A DNA stretch of 64,000 nt from Gammaproteobacteria bacterium (GTDB lineage Bacteria; Pseudomonadota; Gammaproteobacteria; Ga0077536): NCBI GenBank assembly GCA_047611905.1, contig JBLFWZ010000002.1:802-64801 (forward strand), given 5' to 3'. The notes beneath the pieces are model-generated. The model searched no databases. It was not told where the DNA came from and saw nothing but the letters and a program-made list of their open reading frames with translations. Both the position numbers and the translations under genes were made by a program. Shown here piece after piece: positions 38,254 to 49,394 of the stretch (the first letter of the stretch is position 1; the number at the start of each line of letters is the position of its first letter).

Positions 38254-38664
38254 ATGGTAAAACGAGTGGAAAAAGATGCGGCCGCGTGGCGCGAAACTTT
38301 GACGCCTGAAGAATTTAGTGTTTGTCGTGAACACGGAACGGAGCGCGCGTTCGCGGGTGAATATAATGCAAACAAAGAGCCCGGACTGTACTTGTGCAAA
38401 TGTTGCGGCACCGAACTATTCGATGCTGAACACAAATTCGACTCTGGGACCGGCTGGCCAAGTTTTTGGCAGCCGAGCAAAGCCGAGCATGTTGTAGATA
38501 GTGAAGACTCGAGTTATGGCATGGTCCGCACGGAAGTACTCTGTGCGGCTTGCGACGCGCATTTGGGCCACGTATTTCCGGATGGTCCGGCGCCGACGAA
38601 TCTGCGTTATTGCATAAATTCGATCGCGATCAAGCATGTACCAACATCTGAAACTGACGATTAG
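38254..38664 (+). CDS. msrB: peptide-methionine (R)-S-oxide reductase
   Basis: CxxC..CxxC zinc motifs ([18 protein letters not shown]) and RYCINS catalytic Cys context. Confidence 0.96.
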   Translation: MVKRVEKDAAAWRETLTPEEFSVCREHGTERAFAGEYNANKEPGLYLCKCCGTELFDAEHKFDSGTGWPSFWQPSKAEHVVDSEDSSYGMVRTEVLCAACDAHLGHVFPDGPAPTNLRYCINSIAIKHVPTSETDD

Positions 38665-38679
38665 GTATTGTGCTTAAAA

Positions 38680-40080
38680 TCACGTGGTAATTGGCGCCTT
38701 CGATTCGTACCAGGCGAGTTGTCGACGTAAGTTTACGACTTCGCCGATGATGACTATCGACGGCGCCACACAGCGTTCTTGTGCCGCTTTGTCAGCCAAG
38801 GTCGCCAGCGTCCCTACGATCACGCGTTGTTGTGGGGTCGTTCCTCGTTCTATGATCGCGGCCGGTATGCTCGCAGGCATCCCGTGATCGATGAGCGCCG
38901 TGCTCAACTCTTCTAGGTTTCGCATGCCCATGTAGATCGCAAGCGTTTGTTGCGTTTGAACGAGCGAATCCCAGGGTAAATCGACTTTGCCATTTTGTTG
39001 GTGAGCAGTCACGAATACGCATTGTTGGGCGTAATCGCGGTGCGTCAGCGGGATACCAGCGTAGGCTGCGCAACCACTAGCGGCGGTAATGCCGGGCACT
39101 ATTTGAAACGCGATACCTTGTTCAGCGAGTGTCGCGATTTCTTCCCCACCGCGCCCAAAAATAAACGGATCTCCGCCTTTGAGTCGCAGAACTCGCTTAC
39201 CCTGTTTCGCTAGCTTCACGAGTAAGGCATTAATTTCAAGTTGGTCGAGAGCGTGATGATCTCGTTGCTTGCCGACGAATATTCGCTCTGCATCCTTGCG
39301 GCACAGATCGACAATTTGCGGTGCGACTAATCGATCGTAGACCACGACTTCGGCTTGTTGCATGAGGCGTAGGGCCCGAAAGGTCAATAAGTCAGGGTCT
39401 CCAGGTCCACCACCAACGAGGTAAACCTCACCTTGCGGCGGAGCATCGGCAGTCGCCGAGAGGAGGTTTTCTAAGGCGACAAGCGCATGGTCGTACTTGC
39501 CTTCGAACATGCGTTCGGCAACAGAGCCCGTAATGGCTTGTTCCCAAAATCGCCGTCGATTGGAATTGTTCGAAATCTTTGCCCGCACGCGCTGGCGAAA
39601 ATCGCGCATTAGTTCTGCCAGTCGACCGTATGAAGCGGGAATGCTGGTTTCGAGTTTAGCTCGCAATATACGCGCCAGAACGGGCGCGGCACCACCAGTG
39701 GATATCGCAACCACTACCGGAGAGCGGTCAATTATCGACGGCATAATAAAACTGCAGAGCACCGGCGCATCCACAACATTGACCGGTATGTGCAGAGCTT
39801 TGGCGTGGTTGGCTATCTTTGTGTTTAATTCGTGGTCCGAGGTGGCGGCCACGACGATCGATGCGCAATCGATATCGCTAGGATTAAAAGCGCGAAGCTC
39901 AAGCACAATCTCACCGGCATTGTGCATTGCTTGAACTGAAGGACAAGCGACTTTTGCGATCACCTTGACCCGCGCACTCGCTCGAAGGAGCGTTTCAATT
40001 TTTCGACGTGCGACCTCGCCGCCGCCAACGACAACGCTGCTGCCGTGCCTCAGATCGATGAAAATGGGTAAGTAATCCAC
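38680..40080 (-). CDS. cysG: siroheme synthase (uroporphyrinogen-III methyltransferase / precorrin-2 dehydrogenase / ferrochelatase)
   Basis: 466 aa. N-terminal NAD-binding domain (VVVGGGEVARRK) plus a SUMT domain (GEVYLVGGGPGDPDLLT, KGGDPFIFGRG). Confidence 0.93.
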   Translation of the reverse strand: MDYLPIFIDLRHGSSVVVGGGEVARRKIETLLRASARVKVIAKVACPSVQAMHNAGEIVLELRAFNPSDIDCASIVVAATSDHELNTKIANHAKALHIPVNVVDAPVLCSFIMPSIIDRSPVVVAISTGGAAPVLARILRAKLETSIPASYGRLAELMRDFRQRVRAKISNNSNRRRFWEQAITGSVAERMFEGKYDHALVALENLLSATADAPPQGEVYLVGGGPGDPDLLTFRALRLMQQAEVVVYDRLVAPQIVDLCRKDAERIFVGKQRDHHALDQLEINALLVKLAKQGKRVLRLKGGDPFIFGRGGEEIATLAEQGIAFQIVPGITAASGCAAYAGIPLTHRDYAQQCVFVTAHQQNGKVDLPWDSLVQTQQTLAIYMGMRNLEELSTALIDHGMPASIPAAIIERGTTPQQRVIVGTLATLADKAAQERCVAPSIVIIGEVVNLRRQLAWYESKAPITT

Positions 40081-40324
40081 GACTTAAATGCAAACTCGAT
40101 GCCACTATATTGCGGCCTATGCTAACAACTGTGAGTGCTAGGGTCGCGCCGATTCGCCATTAACTTCGCATTGCTTAGCAGCCTCGTGTCAACGCGGCTA
40201 AATCCTCTAAAGTTTCAGCTTAATTAGACCGCTATAAGCCACATAGTCAGGGTGCCACGGAAACGTTGGTGGGCGTCGCCGTGAATGCCCGTTTTGTAAT
40301 TTGCAGGACATGAGAGGGTTCGAT

Positions 40325-41086
40325 GTGGATTTAGCAACACTAGTAGGGCTGATCACGGCTTTCGGGATCGTTCTTGCGGCAATATTCGTTGGCGGAAGCG
40401 CGCTCACTTTTGTCAACATCCCGTCTTTGTTGGTCGTCGTGGGGGGCACGATTGGCGCCGTTATGATGAAATTTACTTTGAGCCAATTTCTTGGCGCATT
40501 TAAGGTTGCGTTAAAAGCGTTTATCAGCAAACTGGATAAACCCGAAGATTTGATCGAACAGACCATCGAAATGGCGAACGAGGCGCGCAAGGGCGGGCTG
40601 CTCGCATTGGAAGGTAAGGAAACGTCGAATACGTTTCTGGCTAAAGGGATCCAGCTGATGGTGGACGGGCATGAGCCTGAAGTTGTGCGTCAAACCTTAC
40701 TTACGGACATGAATACCGCCATCGAACGGCATGATGTCGGCAAGAATATCTTCAAATCAATCGGCGATATGGCACCCGCAATGGGCATGATCGGAACCTT
40801 AATCGGTCTCGTCCAAATGTTGTCGAACATGAGCGATCCAAAGTCGATCGGGCCGGCCATGGCGGTTGCGCTCTTAACGACGCTTTATGGCGCCATGATC
40901 GCGAATATTTTCGCTTTACCGATCGCCGATAAACTCGCGTTACGCTCCAAGGAGGAGCGCATGATTAAATCCATGATTTTGGACAGTCTTAGCGGCATCC
41001 AAGAGGGCCGAAACCCGCGCGTCATTGAAGAAATCCTAAAGACCTATTTGCCAAGTTCCAAGCGCGGATCGGCCGACGACAAGTAA
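40325..41086 (+). CDS. pomA: flagellar stator protein PomA (MotA family)
   Basis: From GTG 40325 the product begins (M)DLATLVGL.. and runs 253 aa, colinear with Vibrio PomA as recalled (APAMGMIGTL.GLV.MLSNM.DPK.IGPAMAVALLTTLYGA). GAGAGGG lies 7 nt upstream. The ORF track opens at 40301. Confidence 0.9.
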   Translation: MDLATLVGLITAFGIVLAAIFVGGSALTFVNIPSLLVVVGGTIGAVMMKFTLSQFLGAFKVALKAFISKLDKPEDLIEQTIEMANEARKGGLLALEGKETSNTFLAKGIQLMVDGHEPEVVRQTLLTDMNTAIERHDVGKNIFKSIGDMAPAMGMIGTLIGLVQMLSNMSDPKSIGPAMAVALLTTLYGAMIANIFALPIADKLALRSKEERMIKSMILDSLSGIQEGRNPRVIEEILKTYLPSSKRGSADDK

Positions 41087-41097
41087 GGGTAGATTCA

Positions 41098-42084
41098 ATG
41101 GATGATGAGGCACCGGCTGGCGGGGACGACGACGAAGGCGGCGGCTGGATCATGACGTTTGCCGACCTAATGTCGTTATTGATGTGTTTCTTCGTTTTGC
41201 TTTTATCGTTTGCCGAGATCGATTTGAATAAATTCAAAGCTATTTCAGGCTCCTTGAAACTCGCATTTGGCGTCCAACGTGAAGTTAAAGCTGCGGAAAT
41301 TCCCATGGGCACGAGCATCATTGCCCAAGAATTCAGTCCCGCGCAGCCACAACCCACGTCTATCAACGAAGTTCGTCAATCAACGGTGGATCCCAATAAG
41401 CAGACATTAGAATTTACCGATGCGCTAGAAGGCGACACCGGGAGCGAGAATGCGGACGGCACCAGCGCTATGGAAGCGCTTAAGGCGGCCGCAACTGCTG
41501 CCGACGCTCAGGCGTTGATCGAGTCGCTCCGCGAAGAGATCGACAAAGGCATGATTCAAATCGAAACGGCTGGTACGAAAATAATTATCAGAATTCGTGA
41601 AAAAGGCTCCTTCCCATCTGGCGCGGCGGGGTTTAGCCCAGATTTTTTGCCGGTTACAAAGAAATTACGCGAATCGCTCGGCGAAATCGAAGGGACGATT
41701 GTTGTCGCTGGGCACACGGATAATATTCCGATAAAAACAGCGCGGTTTCGCTCAAACTGGGAACTATCGGCGTCTCGAGCCGTTACCGTCGTCCATGAGT
41801 TGTTGAGCGACGGCGAGCTACAAGCGGGGCGCTTTCTCGTCGAAGGGCACGGCGACGCCCACCCGCTGGCGCCGAATGATACGTCGGCCAATCGCTCCTT
41901 GAACCGAAGAGTGGAAATGATTATCCAACAAGACCAGTCCGACGATGTCCCGAGCGAACAACCGCTGGCGACGCTTGGCGCGGATAATGACGGTGAGGGT
42001 GACATTACGGCGTCTGTAGCCTCAGACATTACTGCGAATAACCCCAATCAACTCGGGACCCGTGGGTCTTCTGTGACTGAATAA
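41098..42084 (+). CDS. pomB: flagellar stator protein PomB (MotB/OmpA family)
   Basis: WIMTFADLMSLLMCFFVLLLSF with the conserved Asp, GTSIIAQEF, and the C-terminal OmpA-like GHTDN.P...RF.SNWELSA.RA...NR..NRRVE. Confidence 0.92.
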   Translation: MDDEAPAGGDDDEGGGWIMTFADLMSLLMCFFVLLLSFAEIDLNKFKAISGSLKLAFGVQREVKAAEIPMGTSIIAQEFSPAQPQPTSINEVRQSTVDPNKQTLEFTDALEGDTGSENADGTSAMEALKAAATAADAQALIESLREEIDKGMIQIETAGTKIIIRIREKGSFPSGAAGFSPDFLPVTKKLRESLGEIEGTIVVAGHTDNIPIKTARFRSNWELSASRAVTVVHELLSDGELQAGRFLVEGHGDAHPLAPNDTSANRSLNRRVEMIIQQDQSDDVPSEQPLATLGADNDGEGDITASVASDITANNPNQLGTRGSSVTE

Positions 42085-42096
42085 GAAGAGGTAGCT

Positions 42097-42687
42097 ATGA
42101 GTGCTGAACGGAGAAAATACTTCAGGATCCAGGACACCGCGCTTGTCAAATATCGAGTGGTCCAAAAGGAAATGTTAGAGGCCGAACGGCATTCAGTGCA
42201 TTTGAGCCAAATCAAGGCCGAAAATACGCGCGCCGCACTCTTTGGCCTAGAGACCCATTTGCAAGAAGTGTTTGAAAAAATTCGTCACGCCAATCCACCG
42301 ATTGTCGAAGCGCTAGAGCTGATTAATCGCAAGATTAATCTTCTAGAACGCATCGTTTCCCTTGAACACGCTACTCCAGGTTCAGACGACCACGATGAGC
42401 ACGAACCTAAAGAAATCAATTTGAGCGGCGGCGGGATGGCCATTACGGCTGAACGCGTTCTCGATGTTGGGACTAATCTCGCCATCGACTTAGTGTTGCT
42501 ACCGAGCAACGACCCGATGCGAATTTTCGGGCGGGTTCTTAGCACAAAAAAGATCGACGGCGATCAGCATGTCATTTCAATCGTCTTCGTCGAGATTCGT
42601 CCGGACGACCAAGATAGGCTCATTCAGCACGTATTGCGTCGCCAGTCAGAACAGTTACGCCTCGCGCGCCAAATGGCGGCAGGTTGA
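42097..42687 (+). CDS. PilZ-domain protein with a long helical insertion
   Basis: RRKYFR (residues 5-10, RRxxxR) and NLSGGG (residues 108-113, D/NxSxxG) are both present but 97 residues apart. The intervening segment is helix-like and acidic. 12 nt downstream of pomB. Confidence 0.8.
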   Translation: MSAERRKYFRIQDTALVKYRVVQKEMLEAERHSVHLSQIKAENTRAALFGLETHLQEVFEKIRHANPPIVEALELINRKINLLERIVSLEHATPGSDDHDEHEPKEINLSGGGMAITAERVLDVGTNLAIDLVLLPSNDPMRIFGRVLSTKKIDGDQHVISIVFVEIRPDDQDRLIQHVLRRQSEQLRLARQMAAG

Positions 42688-42700
42688 CGTTGAATCTGCG

Positions 42701-42726
42701 GGGCCGCTGCAAAATGTAGGCGGCCC
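42701..42726. terminator. possible bidirectional hairpin between the convergent PilZ and dcd genes
   Basis: GGGCCGC-N12-GCGGCCC 7 bp stem with only a weak T-tract. Confidence 0.3.
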
Positions 42727-42753
42727 TTCTACAAATCGGATCGCGTTGAATGC

Positions 42754-43320
42754 TTAAGCCTTCGGCAGCGTGACTCCCGTCTGGTTCTGATACTTGCCAC
42801 CCCGGTCTCGGTAGGAAACCTCACAGGGTTCGTCGGATTCTAAAAAAATGACCTGTGCTACCCCCTCATTGGCGTAGATTTTCGCGGGTAATGACGTCGT
42901 GTTCGAAAACTCCAAGGTCACGTGTCCCTCCCACTCGGGTTCCAAGGGCGTGACATTCACGATGATGCCGCAGCGGGCATAGGTCGACTTACCCAAACAA
43001 ATAGTGAGTACGTTACGCGGAATGCGGAAGTATTCGACCGTACGCGCCAGTGCAAACGAGTTTGGCGGAATAATGCAAACGTCTCGATTCACGTCAACGA
43101 AGCTACCCGGATCGAATTGTTTCGGATCAACGATCGCGGAATTTATATTGGTAAAGACCTTAAATTCGGGGGCGCAGCGAATGTCGTAGCCGTAGCTCGA
43201 AACACCATAAGAGATCACTCGCTGACCGCCCGAATCTCGAACCTGCTTAGGTTCAAATGGCTCGATGAGTCGGTGGTCGCGAGCCATTTTCGCGATCCAT
43301 TTATCAGATTTTACTGGCAT
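42754..43320 (-). CDS. dcd: dCTP deaminase
   Basis: 188 aa with [21 protein letters not shown] and [13 protein letters not shown]. Confidence 0.96.
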   Translation of the reverse strand: MPVKSDKWIAKMARDHRLIEPFEPKQVRDSGGQRVISYGVSSYGYDIRCAPEFKVFTNINSAIVDPKQFDPGSFVDVNRDVCIIPPNSFALARTVEYFRIPRNVLTICLGKSTYARCGIIVNVTPLEPEWEGHVTLEFSNTTSLPAKIYANEGVAQVIFLESDEPCEVSYRDRGGKYQNQTGVTLPKA

Positions 43321-43329
43321 GAGATTCGA

Positions 43330-44418
43330 TTACGTATTTTGCACAACAATATTGGGGAATTTTGCGGAATAGTCTTTAGCGCGCAACGCAAGTTTGGCAG
43401 CGATCCGGCGCGCAATTTCTCGGTACATCTGTGTTGGTCTAGAGTCGGGCATCAAGGCGACAGTTGGTTTGCCGCCATCCATACCTTCTCTGATCTTGGT
43501 ATCGAGCGGCAGCGAGCCAAGCAGATCGATACCGTATTGTTGCGCCATCGATTCGCCGCCCCCCGATCCGAAAATGTGATCCTCATGCCCACAACTTGTG
43601 CAAATATGGACGCTCATATTCTCGATAACTCCAAGCACGGGAACGTCGACTTTTTCGAACATTTTTAGCGCTTTTCGTGCGTCTAACAGCGCGATGTCCT
43701 GCGGAGTTGTCACGATAACTGCCCCACTAACCGGTATTTTCTGACACAAGGTTAATTGGATATCGCCGGTGCCAGGTGGCAAATCAATTATTAAATAGTC
43801 CACGTCTTTCCAGTTTGTGTCGTTGAGTAGCTGTTCGAGCGCACCTGTGACCATCGGTCCTCGCCAAATCATCGGCGTGTCTTCTTCGATGAGATTGCCG
43901 ATCGACATCGATTGGATACCGTAGCTAACAATCGGCTCCATGGACTTTCCATCTTGCGATGCGGGCTTGCCTTGAGCGCCGAGCATTCGTGGTTGGCTGG
44001 GCCCATAAATATCTGCGTCAAGAATCGCCACACTTGCGCCTTCGTCGCGCAATGCGAGCGCGAGGTTAGTCGTCGTGGTCGACTTTCCGACGCCACCCTT
44101 GCCGGACGCTATAGCGATAATGTTCTTCACGGCGGGTAATCTCTTTACGCCGTGTTGGACAGTGCGCGCGACAATTTTTGCGCGAATATCGAATGTTGGA
44201 GCGAGATTCGGGTCGAGCGCGGTAATGGTCTTTCGTAGGCTAGCTTCGAGTTCGCTCGCATATCGGGCGACCGGGAAGCCCAATTCGATGTCGATATGCA
44301 GGGAGTCGTCGCCAAGCTTGATTGATTTGACGGCATCAGCGCTCACCAGATCCGTGCCTAGGTAAGGATCAATGACGGATCCAATTGCGGTGCGTAGTGC
44401 TTCTTCCGTAACGGGCAT
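43330..44418 (-). CDS. apbC: iron-sulfur cluster carrier ATPase ApbC/Mrp
   Basis: SGKGGVGKST deviant Walker A and the CxxC (CTSCGH) motif. Divergent from metG, as in E. coli. Confidence 0.95.
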   Translation of the reverse strand: MPVTEEALRTAIGSVIDPYLGTDLVSADAVKSIKLGDDSLHIDIELGFPVARYASELEASLRKTITALDPNLAPTFDIRAKIVARTVQHGVKRLPAVKNIIAIASGKGGVGKSTTTTNLALALRDEGASVAILDADIYGPSQPRMLGAQGKPASQDGKSMEPIVSYGIQSMSIGNLIEEDTPMIWRGPMVTGALEQLLNDTNWKDVDYLIIDLPPGTGDIQLTLCQKIPVSGAVIVTTPQDIALLDARKALKMFEKVDVPVLGVIENMSVHICTSCGHEDHIFGSGGGESMAQQYGIDLLGSLPLDTKIREGMDGGKPTVALMPDSRPTQMYREIARRIAAKLALRAKDYSAKFPNIVVQNT

Positions 44419-44578
44419 ATCGCTTCTCTGAGTAAGTTAGTCGGTGGCTATTTTACACAATGCACATAGCACCGGGCGCATGGTATCCGAAGCGGCGAAA
44501 TGTTAACGTACTGCGCGAATCGCGCGCTAGAATTACCCCGTTCCACCACCGACGCGGTCCCCGCACAGACAGAGAAAA

Positions 44579-46597
44579 ATGACCACCGAAAAGCGTAATA
44601 TCCTCGTCACGAGCGCCCTTCCTTATGCTAACGGGCCAATCCACATTGGCCATTTAGTTGAGTATCTACAGACGGATATTTGGGTCCGGTTTCAGAAGAT
44701 GCGCGGCCACAACTGTTATTACGTGTGTGCGGATGATGCTCACGGTACGCCAATCATGCTACGTGCCGAGCAGGAGGGGATAACGCCCGAGGCTTTAATT
44801 GAGCGGATCAGCGCGGAACATCAGCGTGATTTCGCGCGCTTTGACATCGAATTCGATAACTATCACTCGACGCACTCGTCTGAGAATAAAGACATCGCGG
44901 AATTGATTTACGGGCGCCTCAACGACGGCGGGCATATCGTTCGAAAAACAATAACCCAGGCCTACGACCCGGTGAAAAAACTATTTTTGCCGGATCGTTT
45001 TCTGCGCGGCACCTGCCCGCACTGCGGAGCCGAAGATCAATACGGTGACAGCTGTGAAAGCTGCAGCCGCACCTACTCGCCAAACGATTTACTCAATCCT
45101 GTTTCTGCGTTGAGTGGCGCAACTCCGGAACAGCGCGAATCGGAGCATCTGTTTTTTAAGCTCGGGCATTTCGAGGAAATGCTAAAAAGCTGGCTCGCAG
45201 ATAACGAATTGCAGCCCGGGGTTGTCAACAAACTGAACGAGTGGTTTGAGGCAGGTCTCCAAGACTGGGACATCTCCAGGGAGGCGCCTTATTTCGGATT
45301 CGAGATACCAGGCGAGCCCGGCAAATATTTCTACGTCTGGCTCGATGCGCCAATTGGTTACTTAGCGAGCTTTAAGAATCTTTGTGAAAAGCAAGGTATC
45401 GATTTTGATGCCTATGTAGGTGTGGACAGCACAGCCGAGATGTATCACTTCATAGGCAAAGACATTATGTATTTCCACACTTTGTTTTGGCCGGCTATGC
45501 TTAGTGGCGCGCAATTCAGGGTCCCAACGAATGTGTTTGTGCACGGGTTTCTCACTGTGGACGGCCAGAAAATGTCGAAATCTCGTGGAACCTTCGTCAC
45601 AGCCAGTACGTACCTGGAGTACTTAAACCCAGAATATTTACGCTACTACTTTGCGGCCAAATTGGCGCCGGCTATCGAAGATATCGATCTCAATCTAAGC
45701 GACTTCCAGAATAAGGTTAATTCAGATTTAGTGGGTAAGGTCGTCAACATCGCAAGCCGCTGCGCGGGATTTATTCAGAAGCGCTTCGACGGCACCTTGA
45801 GTGATACTTTCGACGATCCTGCGATTGTCGAAGAGTTAAAAGCGCTCGCCCCAAATATTGCACAGTGTTATGAATCGCGCGATTTTGCACGGGCGATGCG
45901 AGAGATCATGATGCTCGCAGACTTAGCTAATCAATATATTGATAAGCGCAAACCGTGGATCGTCGCCAAGCAAACGGATTCCGATCCTGAGCTTCATCGG
46001 ATTTGCACGACTGGAATCGCATTATTTCGTATTCTGCTCATCTACTTAAGACCAGTGCTACCAGTGATGTCGGGTGAGGCGGAGAAGTTCCTAAATGATG
46101 CGCCGCTGGTCTGGGACGATATCGATGAAGACATATGCGGACGACGCATCAATAAATTCAAACCACTGATGCAGCGAGTCGAAACAGAGAAGGTCGAAGC
46201 AATGATCGATGCAAGCAAAAACCAAGACGCGAAACCCTCGCAAGACAACAAGGAAGAATCGAAGGATGGCGAATTCATCACGATTGACGATTTCGCGAAA
46301 ATAGATCTTCGTGTCGCCAAAGTATTGGAGGCAAATACCGTAGAGGGGGCGGATAAACTGCTGCAACTTAAACTTGAAGTCGGTGATGAAACGCGCACGG
46401 TATTTGCGGGAATTAAGAGCGCATATCAGCCCGATACGCTAATCGGACGCCACGTGATCGTGGTGGCTAACCTGCAGCCGCGCAAAATGCGTTTCGGTTT
46501 ATCGGAAGGAATGGTGCTAGCCGCCGGTCCCGGCGGTGAAGATTTATTCTTACTGGGCCCAGACTCGGGCGCGGTATCCGGCATGAGGGCAAAGTAA
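44579..46597 (+). CDS. metG: methionine--tRNA ligase
   Basis: [13 protein letters not shown] (HIGH), a zinc knuckle (CPHCG..C.SC), KMSKS and a C-terminal tRNA-binding (EMAP-like) domain. Confidence 0.97.
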   Translation: MTTEKRNILVTSALPYANGPIHIGHLVEYLQTDIWVRFQKMRGHNCYYVCADDAHGTPIMLRAEQEGITPEALIERISAEHQRDFARFDIEFDNYHSTHSSENKDIAELIYGRLNDGGHIVRKTITQAYDPVKKLFLPDRFLRGTCPHCGAEDQYGDSCESCSRTYSPNDLLNPVSALSGATPEQRESEHLFFKLGHFEEMLKSWLADNELQPGVVNKLNEWFEAGLQDWDISREAPYFGFEIPGEPGKYFYVWLDAPIGYLASFKNLCEKQGIDFDAYVGVDSTAEMYHFIGKDIMYFHTLFWPAMLSGAQFRVPTNVFVHGFLTVDGQKMSKSRGTFVTASTYLEYLNPEYLRYYFAAKLAPAIEDIDLNLSDFQNKVNSDLVGKVVNIASRCAGFIQKRFDGTLSDTFDDPAIVEELKALAPNIAQCYESRDFARAMREIMMLADLANQYIDKRKPWIVAKQTDSDPELHRICTTGIALFRILLIYLRPVLPVMSGEAEKFLNDAPLVWDDIDEDICGRRINKFKPLMQRVETEKVEAMIDASKNQDAKPSQDNKEESKDGEFITIDDFAKIDLRVAKVLEANTVEGADKLLQLKLEVGDETRTVFAGIKSAYQPDTLIGRHVIVVANLQPRKMRFGLSEGMVLAAGPGGEDLFLLGPDSGAVSGMRAK

Positions 46598-46599
46598 TC

Positions 46600-47175
46600 A
46601 TGGGTGACGCGCTTGCACTAATGCTTGCTGGCGCACTTGGCTCGGATCTTCTGTTGGTTTATCTGATCGGCGTTTGTCCGGCAATAGCGGTTTCGCGAAA
46701 GTTGGAAACGGCCGCCGGTCTCGCGGTGTCAAATATTTTCATCGCCCCGTTGGCTTGTGTTATCAGTTTTCTAGTTCTCAATGCATTACCGAACAATAGT
46801 GCGACAACAATTCTTGAACTGCCAATAATCGTGACGAGCATCATCGTTTGCCTGTATTTCACCGCCAGCGTGGGTGAGCGGATCTGGCGCGCGGGTCATG
46901 CATGGTTAGAACCCTTTGTGCCCTTAATGACGGTCAATTGCACAATGCTTGGTGTAGTACTGATCGTATTAATCGAGCCTAACAACGTCATCGAAGTCTT
47001 CTTATATTCTGCTGGATTGGCCGGCGGTTATGCATTCTTTATCGTCGTTTTTTCACAAATCCGCGAACGCCTCGCAGCTGCTCCAGTGCCGCGAGCGTTT
47101 CGCGATTCGCCGATTGCGTTGCTAAGTATTGGGATCATCGCGATGGCGATGAGTGGTTTCGGTGGCACTTCGTAG
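46600..47175 (+). CDS. rnfA: Rnf/Rsx electron transport complex subunit A
   Basis: 191 aa, colinear with RsxA (..GVCPAIAVSRKLETAAG.., ..TVNC..LGV.., IRERLA...VP.AFRG). Confidence 0.93.
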   Translation: MGDALALMLAGALGSDLLLVYLIGVCPAIAVSRKLETAAGLAVSNIFIAPLACVISFLVLNALPNNSATTILELPIIVTSIIVCLYFTASVGERIWRAGHAWLEPFVPLMTVNCTMLGVVLIVLIEPNNVIEVFLYSAGLAGGYAFFIVVFSQIRERLAAAPVPRAFRDSPIALLSIGIIAMAMSGFGGTS

Positions 47176-47199
47176 AAACGAGGAATTGGCACTACAATA

Positions 47200-47766
47200 A
47201 TGATCGAAGCAATTGCGGTTCTCGTTGGCTTATTAGTCGTTGGTGCTTGGCTGTTGCTTCATCACCTCGAGCCTGAACGAGATTCGAACAGCCGTATTGT
47301 TCGACGAATTGACGAAATTCTGCCGCAAACCCAATGCGGGCAATGCGGTTATGGCGGATGCCTACCCTATGCACAGGCGATAGTGTCCTTACAGGCTTCC
47401 ATCGATCAATGTCCGCCTGGTGGCCTCGTTGTGCGACGGTCATTAGCCGAACTACTCGGTCAAAGTAGTACTGCGCGCCATCGCGTTGCCGATGTCGAGG
47501 TGATCAATCAAGTTGTTGTAATTGACGAACCGGCTTGCATTGGATGCACGAAATGTATTCAAGCCTGCCCGGTGGACGCGATAGTCGGCGCGACTAAGCA
47601 GATGCACACCGTGATCGCTGATCAATGTACTGGCTGCGAGCTATGTATTCCACCATGTCCGGTTGATTGCATTGACATTGTGCCTATCGAGCCGGGTATT
47701 GAGCGATGGCGTTGGTCGAGGCCGCGCTATCTCGGATCAGATCGTAGAAATCAAAGTGCGCTATGA
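47200..47766 (+). CDS. rnfB: Rnf/Rsx subunit B (ferredoxin)
   Basis: N-terminal TM helix, CGQCGYGGC and two 4Fe-4S motifs ([24 protein letters not shown]). Confidence 0.94.
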   Translation: MIEAIAVLVGLLVVGAWLLLHHLEPERDSNSRIVRRIDEILPQTQCGQCGYGGCLPYAQAIVSLQASIDQCPPGGLVVRRSLAELLGQSSTARHRVADVEVINQVVVIDEPACIGCTKCIQACPVDAIVGATKQMHTVIADQCTGCELCIPPCPVDCIDIVPIEPGIERWRWSRPRYLGSDRRNQSAL

Positions 47767-49271
47767 CTAGGAATTTACACCGCTTTAAAGGTGGGCTGCA
47801 TTTAACGTCGCACAAGGATCAAACGCGGCACATTGCGACGCGCAGCATATCTCGCCCTGCAGCGCTTTATCTACCGATTAAGCAACACGTCGGGATGGCT
47901 GCCTCGCCATGCATTGAGGTCGGCCAAACTGTCGTTAAAGGCGAACTCGTCGCGCGATCTCAAGGCTACGTCGGCATGCACGTTCATGCTCCAACAGACG
48001 GGGTCGTGACAGCTTTAAGGGATTTTCCTGTCATACATCCCAGTGGTCTGCGCGCGCTGTGCGTTGAATTATCAATCAGTGAGTACCAATTCGATGATAA
48101 AGCAACCGACGACTCAACCACTCTTTCCGAATTGATGCAGCTCGATCGCCATCTGATTTACGATCGTATTGAACGCGCTGGCATTATCGGTTTAGGGGGA
48201 GCCGGCTTTCCTGCTCACGTCAAAGTGCACGAAGGTACGACCCAAAACGTCGACACCTTGATAATCAACGGGATCGAGTGCGAGCCATATATCACCTGCG
48301 ACGAACGTCTGATGCAGGAACAGGCGCAGGATGTGGCTGCGGGCGCGACCTTGATCAGTTGGTTGGTAGAAGCGGATACCTGCATTATTGCACTGGAAGA
48401 AGGCATGGACGATGCGTTGGAGGCAGTGGAGCAATGCAAAAGTGATGAGCTTGAACTGATCGCCGTACCGGCAATTTATCCCGCCGGCAGCGAGAAACAG
48501 TTAATTACGGTTCTAACTGGCCTAGAACTTCCCAGCGGACACTTGCCGATTGATATCGGAATAGTCGTTCTCAACGTCGCGACGGTAGTGGCAATCTACC
48601 GTGCCGCGGCGTTCGGGTCACCGCTGACCGAACGGTTCGTTACGGTCGCGGGCGATATCCCGATGCCTGGCAATATCAAAGCGCTGATTGGCACGCCAGT
48701 TCAGCATGTACTCGATCAATGTGGCGGGTTCGACTCTGCTACTCATAGAGTACTCAGTGGTGGACCGATGATGGGTGTCGAGATCCAGGACACCAATGCC
48801 CCGATTACGAAAGTGACTAACTGCTTGTTAGTTCTAAAACGTGGTGATCAGCCGAGTACACAAACGGCCTGCATTCGGTGTGGTGAGTGTGTCACCGTTT
48901 GCCCGATCGGATTACAGCCTCAGCAACTATTTGAGGCTAGCCGCAGCGCAGACATCGACGAAGCACAAGACCTGAATCTTTTTGATTGTATCGAATGCGG
49001 ATGTTGTTCGTATGTGTGCCCTAGCGAAATTCCTTTGGTGCATTATTTTCGATATGCGAAGTCGTCGATCGAATCCTTAGATGTTGATCGCGCAGCCGCC
49101 GACGATGCGCGCCTGAGATACGAGCAGCATAAAGACCGCTTAACCGTTGGTGGAAATTCTGGTGTGGAGGAGCGTGTCAGTCTTGCAGACGTTAGTGATT
49201 TAGGTGTCAACGAACTGCAAAACGACGTGCACGATGCCATTGCCCGTGCACGACTCAGGCGAAAAAAATAA
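47763..49271 (+). CDS. rnfC: Rnf/Rsx subunit C
   Basis: [14 protein letters not shown] and two ferredoxin motifs ([24 protein letters not shown]). ATGA overlap with rnfB. Confidence 0.95.
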   Translation: MTRNLHRFKGGLHLTSHKDQTRHIATRSISRPAALYLPIKQHVGMAASPCIEVGQTVVKGELVARSQGYVGMHVHAPTDGVVTALRDFPVIHPSGLRALCVELSISEYQFDDKATDDSTTLSELMQLDRHLIYDRIERAGIIGLGGAGFPAHVKVHEGTTQNVDTLIINGIECEPYITCDERLMQEQAQDVAAGATLISWLVEADTCIIALEEGMDDALEAVEQCKSDELELIAVPAIYPAGSEKQLITVLTGLELPSGHLPIDIGIVVLNVATVVAIYRAAAFGSPLTERFVTVAGDIPMPGNIKALIGTPVQHVLDQCGGFDSATHRVLSGGPMMGVEIQDTNAPITKVTNCLLVLKRGDQPSTQTACIRCGECVTVCPIGLQPQQLFEASRSADIDEAQDLNLFDCIECGCCSYVCPSEIPLVHYFRYAKSSIESLDVDRAAADDARLRYEQHKDRLTVGGNSGVEERVSLADVSDLGVNELQNDVHDAIARARLRRKK

Positions 49272-49394
49272 CAAGATGCTTATCTCGGTCGATTGTGTTG
49301 ATCGCGGAAATTATGATCACGACATCGCGATCGAAAGCTTATTTTTTGTGGTGATCTCGATACGCCCACATAACCACCACGGACGGACGTTATC

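Noticed and set aside
42922-43668. 248 aa plus-strand ORF spanning dcd and apbC
   Set aside because: It is antisense to two highly conserved genes and crosses their intergenic boundary. It has no motif and no plausible ribosome-binding site.
49300-49356. Four GATC sites within 57 bp in the rnfC-rnfD spacer
   Set aside because: GATC, often as CGATCG, is visibly over-represented throughout this sequence, including coding regions such as 355-390. The local cluster is therefore not clearly above this genome's background.
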